Of a stretch of 61,943 nt of DNA, positions 18,607 to 27,366 are shown one piece after another. The notes under the pieces are model-generated. The model saw only the letters and a list, made by a program, of their open reading frames with translations, did not search any database and had not been told where the DNA came from. The DNA is from Myxococcota bacterium (GTDB lineage: Bacteria; Myxococcota; UBA727; JAHDBA01): assembly GCA_020627505.1 (NCBI GenBank), contig JAHDGS010000004.1, forward strand, positions 1 to 61,943, written 5' to 3'. Both the position numbers and the translations under genes were made by a program. Positions within the stretch are counted from its first letter, which is position 1, and each line of letters opens with the position of its first letter.

Positions 18607-18937
18607 ATGCAGACTCTATTTTGGCACGACGACCCGAAGATTCAGCTCTTTCCTTGGCTATCGCTTCTATCTTTTGTGTGGACTGTTTATCAGCCTCTTC
18701 TGGCATACTATTTTTTGCGTTGTCTTTTTGAGAAGGTGTGTCGACAACCTCTTTGACAGGAGCCGTCGTCTTTATATTTGATGCCCAAATATGATATGGC
18801 TCAACCGTGCGGTGCCCCAAACCAATATAGGTTAGCACAACCAATAACAATCCAATAACTCCACCAACCTGAGCGCCCAATTTGACGAATCGCCCTGGCC
18901 TTTCAGGTCTTTTGGTCAGCAGCTGATTGACATCCAT
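18467..18937 (-). CDS. membrane-anchored Lys/Pro/Ser-rich protein (possibly the N-terminal part of a split gene)
   Basis: One TM helix (VGGVIGLLLVVLTYIGLG) followed by a charged low-complexity linker. It ends inside the overlap with ORF 18259..18606. Confidence 0.55.
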   Translation of the reverse strand: MDVNQLLTKRPERPGRFVKLGAQVGGVIGLLLVVLTYIGLGHRTVEPYHIWASNIKTTAPVKEVVDTPSQKDNAKNSMPEEADKQSTQKIEAIAKERAESSGRRAKIESAYDLQEEKAPPIQKTVRVVKPVRDKPQPTKSAPKSSSRDKNVSTGRL

Positions 18938-18987
18938 ATTTTATTTTACCGCTATTACCAACATTCGCAAATTGATGAACAGGTTAT

Positions 18988-19419
18988 TCACGAAGAAAAG
19001 CTCGAGCCACAACCACATGTTCGCTCTGCATTGGGATTGACGAACTTGAATCCGCTTCCATGTAGGCTATCGATGTACTCAAGTTGCGCACCTTCTAAAT
19101 AATGCGCGCTGAAGAAATCCATTGCGATAGGTTCTCCATAGTAAAGGGTGATCCAGTCATCGTCATGAACCTCTTCAGTAAAATCGAGGGTATATTGCAA
19201 ACCGGCACATCCTCCACCACGCACACCTATTCTTAAGAAAGCGTGAGTGGACTCATCTCCTTCATGACGCGCATGACGGATCTTATCAATCGCGTCACGA
19301 GATATATCGAACGGAAAGGCATCTTGCTCAACGACTTGAGCAGGCAGGTTAACAACATGTCGTGACCATTCTTCGTGGTTTGGTATCTTTGGTTGACCGA
19401 GTGCAATGAGTGTCGACAT
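18988..19419 (-). CDS. erpA: HesB/IscA/ErpA-family iron-sulfur cluster insertion protein
   Basis: Conserved GGGCAGLQY and C-terminal CGCGSSF motifs (three cluster-ligand Cys). It has a ~35-aa N-terminal extension relative to the minimal family size. Confidence 0.85.
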   Translation of the reverse strand: MSTLIALGQPKIPNHEEWSRHVVNLPAQVVEQDAFPFDISRDAIDKIRHARHEGDESTHAFLRIGVRGGGCAGLQYTLDFTEEVHDDDWITLYYGEPIAMDFFSAHYLEGAQLEYIDSLHGSGFKFVNPNAERTCGCGSSFSS

Positions 19420-19460
19420 GGTTCAATAATAGCATAGAAGGGACTCAAGAAACAATAATC

Positions 19461-19634
19461 CTATTGAACCCAATTATCGTCGTCGTTCAAATCATTAAAA
19501 TCTGAACGATCAGGTATTCGATATCGCTCGCCCAACCAACCGCTCAAATCGATTAATCGACAACGTTCAGAACAGAATGTTTTACGATCGTCATCGATGT
19601 CATTTTGACAGACTAGACATGTGCGTTTCGACAT
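19461..19634 (-). CDS. yacG: DNA gyrase inhibitor YacG (zinc finger), 57 aa, not in the supplied ORF track
   Basis: My translation of the minus strand is MSKRTCLVCQNDIDDDRKTFCSERCRLIDLSGWLGERYRIPDRSDFNDLNDDDNWVQ*. It shows the YacG signature C-x2-C ... FCS-x-RC-x-LIDLG-x-W ... RIP. The ATG lies 3 nt downstream of the stop of 19638..20360. Confidence 0.85.
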   Translation of the reverse strand: MSKRTCLVCQNDIDDDRKTFCSERCRLIDLSGWLGERYRIPDRSDFNDLNDDDNWVQ

Positions 19635-19637
19635 CAG

Positions 19638-20360
19638 TTACTCAACCAAAAAGTTGTTATATCCCCACAGAGCACTACCAGTGCCAAGTCCCACCAAAGC
19701 ACCAATGCCAAAAATGCGAGATAGTCGCTCATCAAAAGCCACTCGACCTTGTAGTTCCGCATCATTATCATAGTTTGCGGTATTTTTTCCCAGGCGCGCT
19801 GATGCCCAATAGGTTGTTGCTAGCGCAGCAGAAAGCCCGCCAACAGCAAAACACAAGGCAACCCAACCTGGTGCAATCCGTCTTTGTTCATTGATAGGCG
19901 CTTCATAAATGGGTTCGGGCGTGACCACGCCGCCGGCAAGCCCCTCGGTTTTGATCGCTGTTAGCGGTACCTCGCGGGAACCAAGAACCGCTGTTGCTGA
20001 TCCCTCATCAAAAACTTCGACCCAATATTGAAATGGATTATCGATTTCACTCAACTGAAGCGCGAAATGAAAAATACCTTCTCGGTTTGTTTGCTCTTCG
20101 ACCATTTTTATGTCGCCTTGTTGATTAAAATAATACACCCGTGCTTTGTCAATTTTGGCCTGCTGGCCGTGCGCAACGATAATAAGACGTATTTTGCTCG
20201 TGGCATAAGTCACCTGAACATCTTCAATCTCAGGTCCAATCTTTTCAAGCTGAGAATCGCCTATAAGACCTTCTCCGGCATAAACTATACTACAAAAGCT
20301 CTGCACAGCCACCATTAACAATATTATTTTTATATAATCGGTTTTCATCACATCTTTCAT
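19638..20360 (-). CDS. hypothetical secreted protein with C-terminal membrane segments
   Basis: Signal peptide (IILLMVAVQSFCSIVYA). Gly/Ala-rich hydrophobic helices near the C-terminus (WVALCFAVGGLSAALATTYW, IFGIGALVGLGTGSALWG). No named motif. Confidence 0.65.
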   Translation of the reverse strand: MKDVMKTDYIKIILLMVAVQSFCSIVYAGEGLIGDSQLEKIGPEIEDVQVTYATSKIRLIIVAHGQQAKIDKARVYYFNQQGDIKMVEEQTNREGIFHFALQLSEIDNPFQYWVEVFDEGSATAVLGSREVPLTAIKTEGLAGGVVTPEPIYEAPINEQRRIAPGWVALCFAVGGLSAALATTYWASARLGKNTANYDNDAELQGRVAFDERLSRIFGIGALVGLGTGSALWGYNNFLVE

Positions 20361-20542
20361 TCATATAACCTTATGCTGATTTATCGTTCGACACAATCAC
20401 ACATTGTATTTTATTCCTGAGAATGAATACTGAAAAGATCTTGAATGTTTCGATATACACAGTTGACAAGCCAAACTCGTTCGGCACACTGCCTTAACTG
20501 CTTTCGTTGTGAAACACGATAAAGTCGTTAGGAGATTAAATT

Positions 20543-21607
20543 ATGAAAAAAATACAAACACAATTATGGCTGACAATTTTGTTCTCAGCTTTCATCACCG
20601 TAACAGGTTGCAATTCTGATTCTTCATCTTCGGAAGAAGAAAACCAAGAAGAAGAAGAAGAAGAGTGCAGCGAAGACGATGACTGCAAAGACGATGAAAT
20701 TTGTAATGATGATAACGAGTGCGAAGAAGTTGATTGCAAACGTGACAGTGATTGCGACAATGATGAAGAGTGTAACGACAACAACGAATGTGAAGAAGTC
20801 GAAGACAATAATAATAACAATAATAATAACAATAACAATGATGCGACTTGTATCGATGGTATTCAAAACCAAGGTGAAACAGGCGTCGATTGTGGTGGTC
20901 CTTGTGCACCGTGCCAAAACAATGGTGGCGGAGATGCAACAACACAAGCATTTACAGCTTATTGTGAGAAAACAGCGGAATGTAATGCAGAAATTAACTG
21001 CTCAGCGCTTTCTTCATCAACAGCAGAATGTGTAGCTGGCCTTCAGCAACAGCTTCCTAACCCTGATCCACAAATACTACAACAGCTCAGTGCAGTTGCA
21101 GCTGCAACATGCGCACAAATTAATGGACAAAATTGTACAGCAGGTACAGGATCATGGGTTATCACGCAGCTTGCTTGTGACTGCCCAATTACAGAAACAG
21201 CGACTTCTGTCGACTGTGGTGCAGGTCAATATTGTTCAGACCTTGCTGGTACAGCAGGAACAAACGTTGGTATTTGCCTAACAAACCAAAGTGGTATTCC
21301 AACCGGTCTGCCTGCATGTAACGCACAAGGTGGTTGCGAAGGTACTTCAAGTATCTGCGTTCAAAACCAATGTATCGACGTGTGTGAAGGTTTAGAGCAA
21401 CCAGATTTGAGCAACCTACCAATGTGTGCTGAAGGACAAACATGTACAGATATCGGTGGCGTTTCAATCTGTGCGATGGGCCAAGGTCTTCCTCCTGGAA
21501 CAGCAGCTTGCGGTGCTGGAAATACCTGCGCAGGTGAAAACGAAATCCCTGTTGGTCTACAAGATGGTAGTTGTGCTTGCGCACTACAATGTAACCCAAA
21601 TGGCTAG
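20543..21607 (+). CDS. acidic cysteine-rich lipoprotein with poly-Glu and poly-Asn tracts
   Basis: GGAG RBS and lipobox ITVTGC. Duplicated 22-aa acidic Cys unit (CSEDDDCKDDEICNDDNECEEV / CKRDSDCDNDEECNDNNECEEV). An N11 tract follows, then a ~250-aa region with about 30 Cys. The gene has its own terminator. Confidence 0.75.
   Translation: MKKIQTQLWLTILFSAFITVTGCNSDSSSSEEENQEEEEEECSEDDDCKDDEICNDDNECEEVDCKRDSDCDNDEECNDNNECEEVEDNNNNNNNNNNNDATCIDGIQNQGETGVDCGGPCAPCQNNGGGDATTQAFTAYCEKTAECNAEINCSALSSSTAECVAGLQQQLPNPDPQILQQLSAVAAATCAQINGQNCTAGTGSWVITQLACDCPITETATSVDCGAGQYCSDLAGTAGTNVGICLTNQSGIPTGLPACNAQGGCEGTSSICVQNQCIDVCEGLEQPDLSNLPMCAEGQTCTDIGGVSICAMGQGLPPGTAACGAGNTCAGENEIPVGLQDGSCACALQCNPNG
20807..20839 (+). 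repeat. in-frame (AAT/AAC)11 trinucleotide tract encoding Asn11
   Basis: Read directly: aat aat aat aac aat aat aat aac aat aac aat. A GAA/GAG-rich tract (about 20633..20665) lies upstream in the same gene. Confidence 0.9.
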
Positions 21608-21636
21608 TCTAAAGTCAAACGACTTATAAGCCGAAC

Positions 21637-21660
21637 ACGCCAGCCTTGCTGGCGTTTTTT
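21637..21660 (+). terminator. Rho-independent terminator after the Cys-rich lipoprotein gene
   Basis: ACGCCAG-(loop)-CTGGCGT hairpin followed by T6. Confidence 0.75.
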
Positions 21661-21728
21661 ATGTCAAAAAAATGGTTAAAAAGCTTAACAGCGCTCAAGC
21701 AACATACTAAGCCAAAGGGGTGAAAAAC

Positions 21729-24530
21729 ATGCACTTTATTCCACTGTTGTCATGCGTCCTTCTCATCTTTCAGGCACTCGCTGTTCGAGCAGATATCGAT
21801 CAGCAGCACATTCGTGCACCAGAAGAAGAGCAAGCACCACCCCAAATCACAAAAGCGCCCGAACTGATTGAAACGGTTCCGGTTACCTATCCACCTGATG
21901 CATATGAAGTTGGTTTAGAAAGTCGGGTCGTGCTCCTCGTCACCATTAGCGCGACCGGTGATGTTTCAGAGGCCGTCATCAAAGAATCCGGTGGAGAAGA
22001 GTTTGATCGAGCAGCACTCGAAGCCATCAAGCAGTTTAAATTCTCTCCAGCGGAGATCGATGGTATACCAGGACCTGTTCAGATTGAATATGTCCAAAAT
22101 TTCACCCTTCAACAAGAAACCGAAACAGTCAAAACAGAATCGGAGCTGATTGAGGAAGATCAATTCGAGCAAGCAGTAGAACAAGCAGTCGGTCGAAATC
22201 AAGGACCGATTAATCTTGTCGGGGTCATTCGTGCACAGGCCAGCAAAGCACCGATCGATGCTGTTGAAGTGTCGATTGAAATTGCACCCAAAAATGCCAC
22301 CCAAAATGATTTGAGTGAATGGATCAATTCGGCTGGGCAAAAAATCGAGCCGGAACGCTATATTGTCAAAACAGATGAAAAAGGGCGGTTCTTGTTTAGA
22401 GGTCTCCCTATTGGAACCCATCAAGTATCTTATGCCGCTTCGGGTTACGAAACATCTTATAGTCTCGAAAATGTATCAGAAGGCGAGCGAACAGAAGTCA
22501 CTATCTTTCTAAAACCCCGCCGCGCCAACCTCTATCAAACAACGGTACGTGCACGTAAGGCAAAAAAAGAAGTCGCCAAGATTTCTTTGACCCGTGAAGA
22601 AGTTCGAAAAGTGCCCGGTACTTTTGGTGATCCGATACGCGTCATCGAAAACCTACCTGGGCTTGCTCGGGCCCCTTTCGCAGGCGGCGCATTGATTGTT
22701 CGCGGCGCTAATCCGCAAAATACTGGTGTTTATTATGATGGTGTCTTTATTCCACTTCTTTATCACTTTGGTGGTTTGAAAAGTGTGATCAATCCAGAAT
22801 TTTTGGAAGATATCTCATTCTATCCAGGTGGTTTTGGGGCCTATTACGGACTGGCAACAGCCGGTATCGTCGATGTCAAAAGCCGAGATTTAAAAGATGA
22901 TAGTTACCATGGTTTTACCGACATCAGTCTACTCGATTCTGGCTTTTTCTTTTCGGGCCCAATCGAACTCAAGAATAAAAAGCAGCTTAACTTTGGATTT
23001 GCGGCAAGACGATCATATATTGACGCGTTGATACCGCCGGTCCTTGAAGCCACTGGTGCAGAAGGTGTCATTGCAAGCCCAATATACTGGGACTACCAAG
23101 CAAAGCTTCAGTACCAAGCAAGCAAACGAACGAATCTGAGCGCCTTTATCTTTGGATCATCTGACGATCTCAGCGTGATTGCCCCAACAGGTGCAAATGA
23201 AATTTCACTTGGTGTGAAAACAACTTTTCATCGATTCGTCTTAAAATCGAACCACGATCTCGGTGACGGTTGGACCCTCTTTAACCAACCCTATTATGGA
23301 ACCAACCAGCTTGGCTTTAGTGCGAACTCAAATATTGGTATCTCAGGTACACTTGATTCAACGTCATCGACGTGGGGTTATCGTGCGGAACTAAGAAAGA
23401 AAGCGTCAGATAATTTTGAACTAGCGTATGGCATTGACTATCTCGGTAGTACCCTTGGATTCGGTTTTAGTTTTCCATTCACCAACGAATTTGGAGAGTT
23501 TCCACGTGTGTTCCCGCGTCTGACAGGCGAAAACCTCAGTTTTTCTTCTGATGGTATCGTTCATGCGCCAGCTTTTTATACTGAAGCGATCATCTCGCCA
23601 GCGAAATGGCTAAAGATTGTTCCCGGTCTTCGATTTCAGTGGATTCAACTACACCTCGATGCATCGACCAATGTTGATGGCATCGAGACACCTGAAACGA
23701 ATCGCAGTTACTGGAATATCGATCCTCGATTTACCGTTCGAGCAGACATCACATCAAACACAACGCTGAAAGGTGCATTTGGTATCTATCGACAACCAGC
23801 ACAAGGTTTTGAGCTCTTACCACAAACAGGAAATCCTGATCTCGATCAATACCGTGCCTGGCAATACATTATGGGTTTCGAACATCAACTCTCAAGGTAC
23901 CTAAGCCTCGATGTACAGCTGTACTATATCAACCGTGATAATGAAGTCGCCCAAAATAATGACTTTGTATCAGAACCAGATGGGACCCAAGATCTCGTGA
24001 ACTTCGATAACTCCAGAAAATCGCCGACCATTGGTGGCGAGTTGTTGTTGCGCCATGATATCTCAAAATACTTCTACGGTTGGGTCGCGTATACATTATC
24101 TCGTTCGACTGAAAAACTAGTTGATGAGGCTGCCCCTCGCGTTACGAACTTTGATCAAACACATATCTTAACAATTGTTGCACAAGGCAACCTACCTAAG
24201 AACTGGAATATCGGTGGGCGATTTCGATATGTAACAGGTAGCCCGTTTACGTTCCCGGCTGGCGGTATCAATAACCTCGATACAACAGACTTTCAGGCGA
24301 CGTTCTTACCTGTTAATAGTCAACGACTGATTAACTTTCATCAACTTGATATTCGCGTCGAACGCACGATCACATATGACACATTTTCGATTACACCCTA
24401 TTTAGATCTACTCAATGTATATAATCGCGCCAATGCAGAACAAAGCCAAAATGACTTTCGTTTTCGACAACGTGGCTTTATTCAGAGTCTACCAATTATT
24501 CCAAACTTCGGTATTCAGGGAGCATTCTAA
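21729..24530 (+). CDS. TonB-dependent outer-membrane receptor with an N-terminal TonB-C-like domain and a CarboxypepD_reg-like domain
   Basis: Signal peptide. TonB C-terminal-type motif (PVTYPPDAYEVGLESRVVLLVTISATGDVSEAVIKESGGEEFDRAALEAIKQFKFSPAEIDG). Carboxypeptidase-regulatory-like beta-sandwich (KTDEKGRFLFRGLPIGTHQVSYAASGYE). Plug (VPGTFGDPIRVIENLPGLA..GGALIVRGANPQNTGVYYDG). A long barrel ending in ..GIQGAF. I prefer the ATG at 21729 over the GTG at 21720 because the AAGGGG RBS overlaps the GTG. Confidence 0.9.
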   Translation: MHFIPLLSCVLLIFQALAVRADIDQQHIRAPEEEQAPPQITKAPELIETVPVTYPPDAYEVGLESRVVLLVTISATGDVSEAVIKESGGEEFDRAALEAIKQFKFSPAEIDGIPGPVQIEYVQNFTLQQETETVKTESELIEEDQFEQAVEQAVGRNQGPINLVGVIRAQASKAPIDAVEVSIEIAPKNATQNDLSEWINSAGQKIEPERYIVKTDEKGRFLFRGLPIGTHQVSYAASGYETSYSLENVSEGERTEVTIFLKPRRANLYQTTVRARKAKKEVAKISLTREEVRKVPGTFGDPIRVIENLPGLARAPFAGGALIVRGANPQNTGVYYDGVFIPLLYHFGGLKSVINPEFLEDISFYPGGFGAYYGLATAGIVDVKSRDLKDDSYHGFTDISLLDSGFFFSGPIELKNKKQLNFGFAARRSYIDALIPPVLEATGAEGVIASPIYWDYQAKLQYQASKRTNLSAFIFGSSDDLSVIAPTGANEISLGVKTTFHRFVLKSNHDLGDGWTLFNQPYYGTNQLGFSANSNIGISGTLDSTSSTWGYRAELRKKASDNFELAYGIDYLGSTLGFGFSFPFTNEFGEFPRVFPRLTGENLSFSSDGIVHAPAFYTEAIISPAKWLKIVPGLRFQWIQLHLDASTNVDGIETPETNRSYWNIDPRFTVRADITSNTTLKGAFGIYRQPAQGFELLPQTGNPDLDQYRAWQYIMGFEHQLSRYLSLDVQLYYINRDNEVAQNNDFVSEPDGTQDLVNFDNSRKSPTIGGELLLRHDISKYFYGWVAYTLSRSTEKLVDEAAPRVTNFDQTHILTIVAQGNLPKNWNIGGRFRYVTGSPFTFPAGGINNLDTTDFQATFLPVNSQRLINFHQLDIRVERTITYDTFSITPYLDLLNVYNRANAEQSQNDFRFRQRGFIQSLPIIPNFGIQGAF

Positions 24531-25801
24531 TGAAATATTTCAATATCATCTTATTGGCCATTTCAAGTATTCTACTGAATGGTTGTATGGACTTCGATAA
24601 ACCTGAAGAAATCAAAGATTTACGTATTCTGGGCGTCAAGGTTGAACCACCAGAGATTCTGACTTCTTTTACGCACTACTCAAACCGTCTTGATATTGAA
24701 GGCGTCCCCGTTTTAAACTTTTTTGAAGAATCATCAGCCCAAGTTGAAGTCATCGCATTTGACCCCCGAGAGGGTGATATTAAACTCACGACCCAGATGT
24801 GTCCGACTAGCAATGGACGGGTCTGCGAGGAATTTGATTACGGAGATCTACTCGCCGATTTTGAGCCTCAACCAGAGAATCAAGAAGGACTTGAAGCATT
24901 TTTTGCACCTCGAATTTTTCAAATCAAACGCCCGGTGATTGACGATCAGCTTGGCGAGATACCGGACTTGTCATTTGAGCTCTTCTTTGACCGACACGTC
25001 ATCGACACGATCTACGATACGACACAAGATGGGCTGACACTTGAACCTGTCGATTACCTCGATGTTCTATTGCAGTCATACGCAAACCTATCACTTCGGA
25101 TCGAAAATAATACCCAAGAAGAAGTGACATCAGAACTCGCTCGTAAACTCATTCCGATTGCTGTTGATACAGATAACTTTTTATTACGCTCAATTCTTGA
25201 AACCCAGCTTGATGGTGCACAAAGTGTGATCAATTTGGTCTTTCCCAACGGCCAATTCTGTGATGTACCGACGGACAGAAGCACAATCGAAGAAGGTGAA
25301 ACGACGTGCTTGTATCCACGTGTTCAAAATCAAAACCCACAACTGATCGGTTTTGAGCAACTTGAAGAAGAAGATGATCCCCGTGAAAAGAGCTTTGAAG
25401 AAAAAAATGAGCAACCTGTCTTTCAAGCAGAAACAGCAACACTACCGCGCACGGCCTCGATTGAAGCCGCTCGCGGTGAGACGATTATTTTAAGGCCCGT
25501 CTTTGCAGATGGCGCGATCGAAAACTATCAGACTTTTACATTTGATCCGAACACGAACCAACTATCGATCGTCAATCGATTTGAAGACTTTGCAGCAAGT
25601 TTGTATGTTTCAGGTGGGTCACCTGAGTCAGATTTAATGGCGCCTCAATTTGATGGAAATCTTGATTTCACATGGTTGCTCAGAGAAGACGCCGAGCCTG
25701 GGGATACAGAATCCCTCGTTGTCGTTGTTCGAGATCAACGTGGTGGCTTAGATTATGGAAGAATTACAGTGACTTATACCGATGAAGTCATTTCAGAATA
25801 G
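24530..25801 (+). CDS. hypothetical lipoprotein translationally coupled to the TonB-dependent receptor
   Basis: The ATG overlaps the receptor stop (TAATG). Lipobox LLNGC. Acidic 423-aa protein with no named motif. Confidence 0.75.
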   Translation: MKYFNIILLAISSILLNGCMDFDKPEEIKDLRILGVKVEPPEILTSFTHYSNRLDIEGVPVLNFFEESSAQVEVIAFDPREGDIKLTTQMCPTSNGRVCEEFDYGDLLADFEPQPENQEGLEAFFAPRIFQIKRPVIDDQLGEIPDLSFELFFDRHVIDTIYDTTQDGLTLEPVDYLDVLLQSYANLSLRIENNTQEEVTSELARKLIPIAVDTDNFLLRSILETQLDGAQSVINLVFPNGQFCDVPTDRSTIEEGETTCLYPRVQNQNPQLIGFEQLEEEDDPREKSFEEKNEQPVFQAETATLPRTASIEAARGETIILRPVFADGAIENYQTFTFDPNTNQLSIVNRFEDFAASLYVSGGSPESDLMAPQFDGNLDFTWLLREDAEPGDTESLVVVVRDQRGGLDYGRITVTYTDEVISE

Positions 25802-25904
25802 CTCGATCAAAAAAATATGCATTTTTTTGATAAAGGTCTTTTCAAACTAAAATTAATCGTATAATACGTCTGTAGACCTACGGGTCTATTCTTCCCCCTT
25901 CTTT

Positions 25905-25936
25905 GTCGGCTCCCCTTGGGGAGCTGACTTTTTTTT
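25905..25936 (+). terminator. Rho-independent terminator after 24530..25801
   Basis: 10-bp GC-rich stem GTCGGCTCCC / GGGAGCTGAC (one G-U pair) followed by T8. The T-run overlaps the stop codon of the convergent RNB gene. Confidence 0.8.
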
Positions 25937-27299
25937 ACTCAAAATATTCTTTGAGTTTCGATCGCATCTCACGCGATATTTTTTTCTGCTTTTGTCGCGA
26001 GGTGTTTGCGATATCGATGAAGCGTTCGATATCTCCATCATAGGCGCTTTGCTCATCAACTGGGGTATTATATATCACCTCTGAAATCTTTCTTTGATTT
26101 TCGACTTCGACAATTGAACGAATCGGCGCACTTTCTCGTAGATAGCCCTGTAAGTTCAACATGGCGTGTTTCAAAGGCGCGTGCCAATAGTAAGATTTTC
26201 CATGACGTGAGGATAAAATCCGTTGCGTTTTTTCTCGGTGCCGATCGAACAACTCATCGCGTGTGCGCTCTAAAAAGTTTGCAATCGATTCGGATGGTCC
26301 CATTTGAAACCGAGATGGTACCTTAGACTTCTTCAAATATGCGTTGACTTCATTCTTAATCTCTTCTTCTTCTTCTTCAGAAATAGCTGGCTGCACACGA
26401 TAGATGCCATCGACACCATGTTTTTGTAGAAAGCGTCCTGCCGCAAAATTAGAGAGAATCGATAACTCAGCATTATAGTCTTCGGTTCGCACTTCACCAC
26501 GATTTGACTTTGAGATCGAGTAAGAAGAGGCATCCGATTTATATTCAGTGCGTCTACGATCATAAAATTCAACCCCGCCAAGTTCTCGTTGATATTCTCG
26601 AAGTAATCCGAAGCCACGCAGGTTTTGTAAACTATCAGCAAAAGTCTGGTCATTCAGAGCAGCGTCCGGTGAATTGGTGAGATGCGCGTCAACTTGTTTA
26701 TATGTCAGCTTTGCCTGACTTTCGATCACTGCATGTTCGATGGTCGAATCAATAAGCTCTCCATCTGCGTTCAACTCCATGACAGTGACATAGGCACGTC
26801 GTGGCTCATTGGGATTCAACGAACAAACCCCTTCACTCAATGGCGCTGGGAGCATCGATACACTAAAACCTGGTAAATAGTATGAGGCGCCACGCTTTGT
26901 CGCCTCCGTGTGAACAAGATCCCCAGGTTTAATGTAGTCAGCAACAGCTGCGATCGCATAATACACTTTAAAACCATTCTCTTTTGTTCGTTCGATATAA
27001 AACGCTTGATCGATTTCAGTCGTTGTATCATTGTCCATTGTCACAAAAGGCAAGTGTCTCAAATCCGTGAGTTTATTGTCGACAATATCAATGGATGTCG
27101 CAGCCCGCTTGGCATCATCGATTTGTGCTTTCGTAAACGGTTGGCAAATTTGAAAGTCTTTGGCGACCGCGATCGCATCTTTTAAGAACAGATCTCCATT
27201 CGGACGGATTGATTGTGCAAGTTGGTGGTCAGCGTCTGTTGGTTTCAACCACAACGACCGATCTTTAACAACCTGATTTTTATTCGTTTTTATGTTCAT
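25935..27299 (-). CDS. compact RNB-domain exoribonuclease (RNase II/R family)
   Basis: RNB motifs PFVTMDNDTTTEIDQAF and KRGASYYLPGFSVSMLPAPLSEGVCSLNPNEPRRA align with my memory of E. coli RNase II (PFVTIDSASTEDMDDAL and NYLPGFNIPMLP..LCSL). At 454 aa there is no room for cold-shock or S1 domains. Confidence 0.85.
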   Translation of the reverse strand: MNIKTNKNQVVKDRSLWLKPTDADHQLAQSIRPNGDLFLKDAIAVAKDFQICQPFTKAQIDDAKRAATSIDIVDNKLTDLRHLPFVTMDNDTTTEIDQAFYIERTKENGFKVYYAIAAVADYIKPGDLVHTEATKRGASYYLPGFSVSMLPAPLSEGVCSLNPNEPRRAYVTVMELNADGELIDSTIEHAVIESQAKLTYKQVDAHLTNSPDAALNDQTFADSLQNLRGFGLLREYQRELGGVEFYDRRRTEYKSDASSYSISKSNRGEVRTEDYNAELSILSNFAAGRFLQKHGVDGIYRVQPAISEEEEEEIKNEVNAYLKKSKVPSRFQMGPSESIANFLERTRDELFDRHREKTQRILSSRHGKSYYWHAPLKHAMLNLQGYLRESAPIRSIVEVENQRKISEVIYNTPVDEQSAYDGDIERFIDIANTSRQKQKKISREMRSKLKEYFE

Positions 27300-27366
27300 T
27301 TTCCGTCCAATAAAGTCATTTGCTACACATATGTTTTAAAAGACTTTTTTGGCTTAAAAAATATCA

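Noticed and set aside
20536-21035. ORFs 20536..20838, 20595..20951, 20624..20947 and 20679..21035, which overlap the acidic/poly-Asn region of the lipoprotein gene.
   Set aside because: They are homopolymeric Leu/Ser or Ile/Val/Phe translations of the GAA/GAT/AAT repeats in other frames or on the other strand, so they are artefacts of low-complexity DNA.
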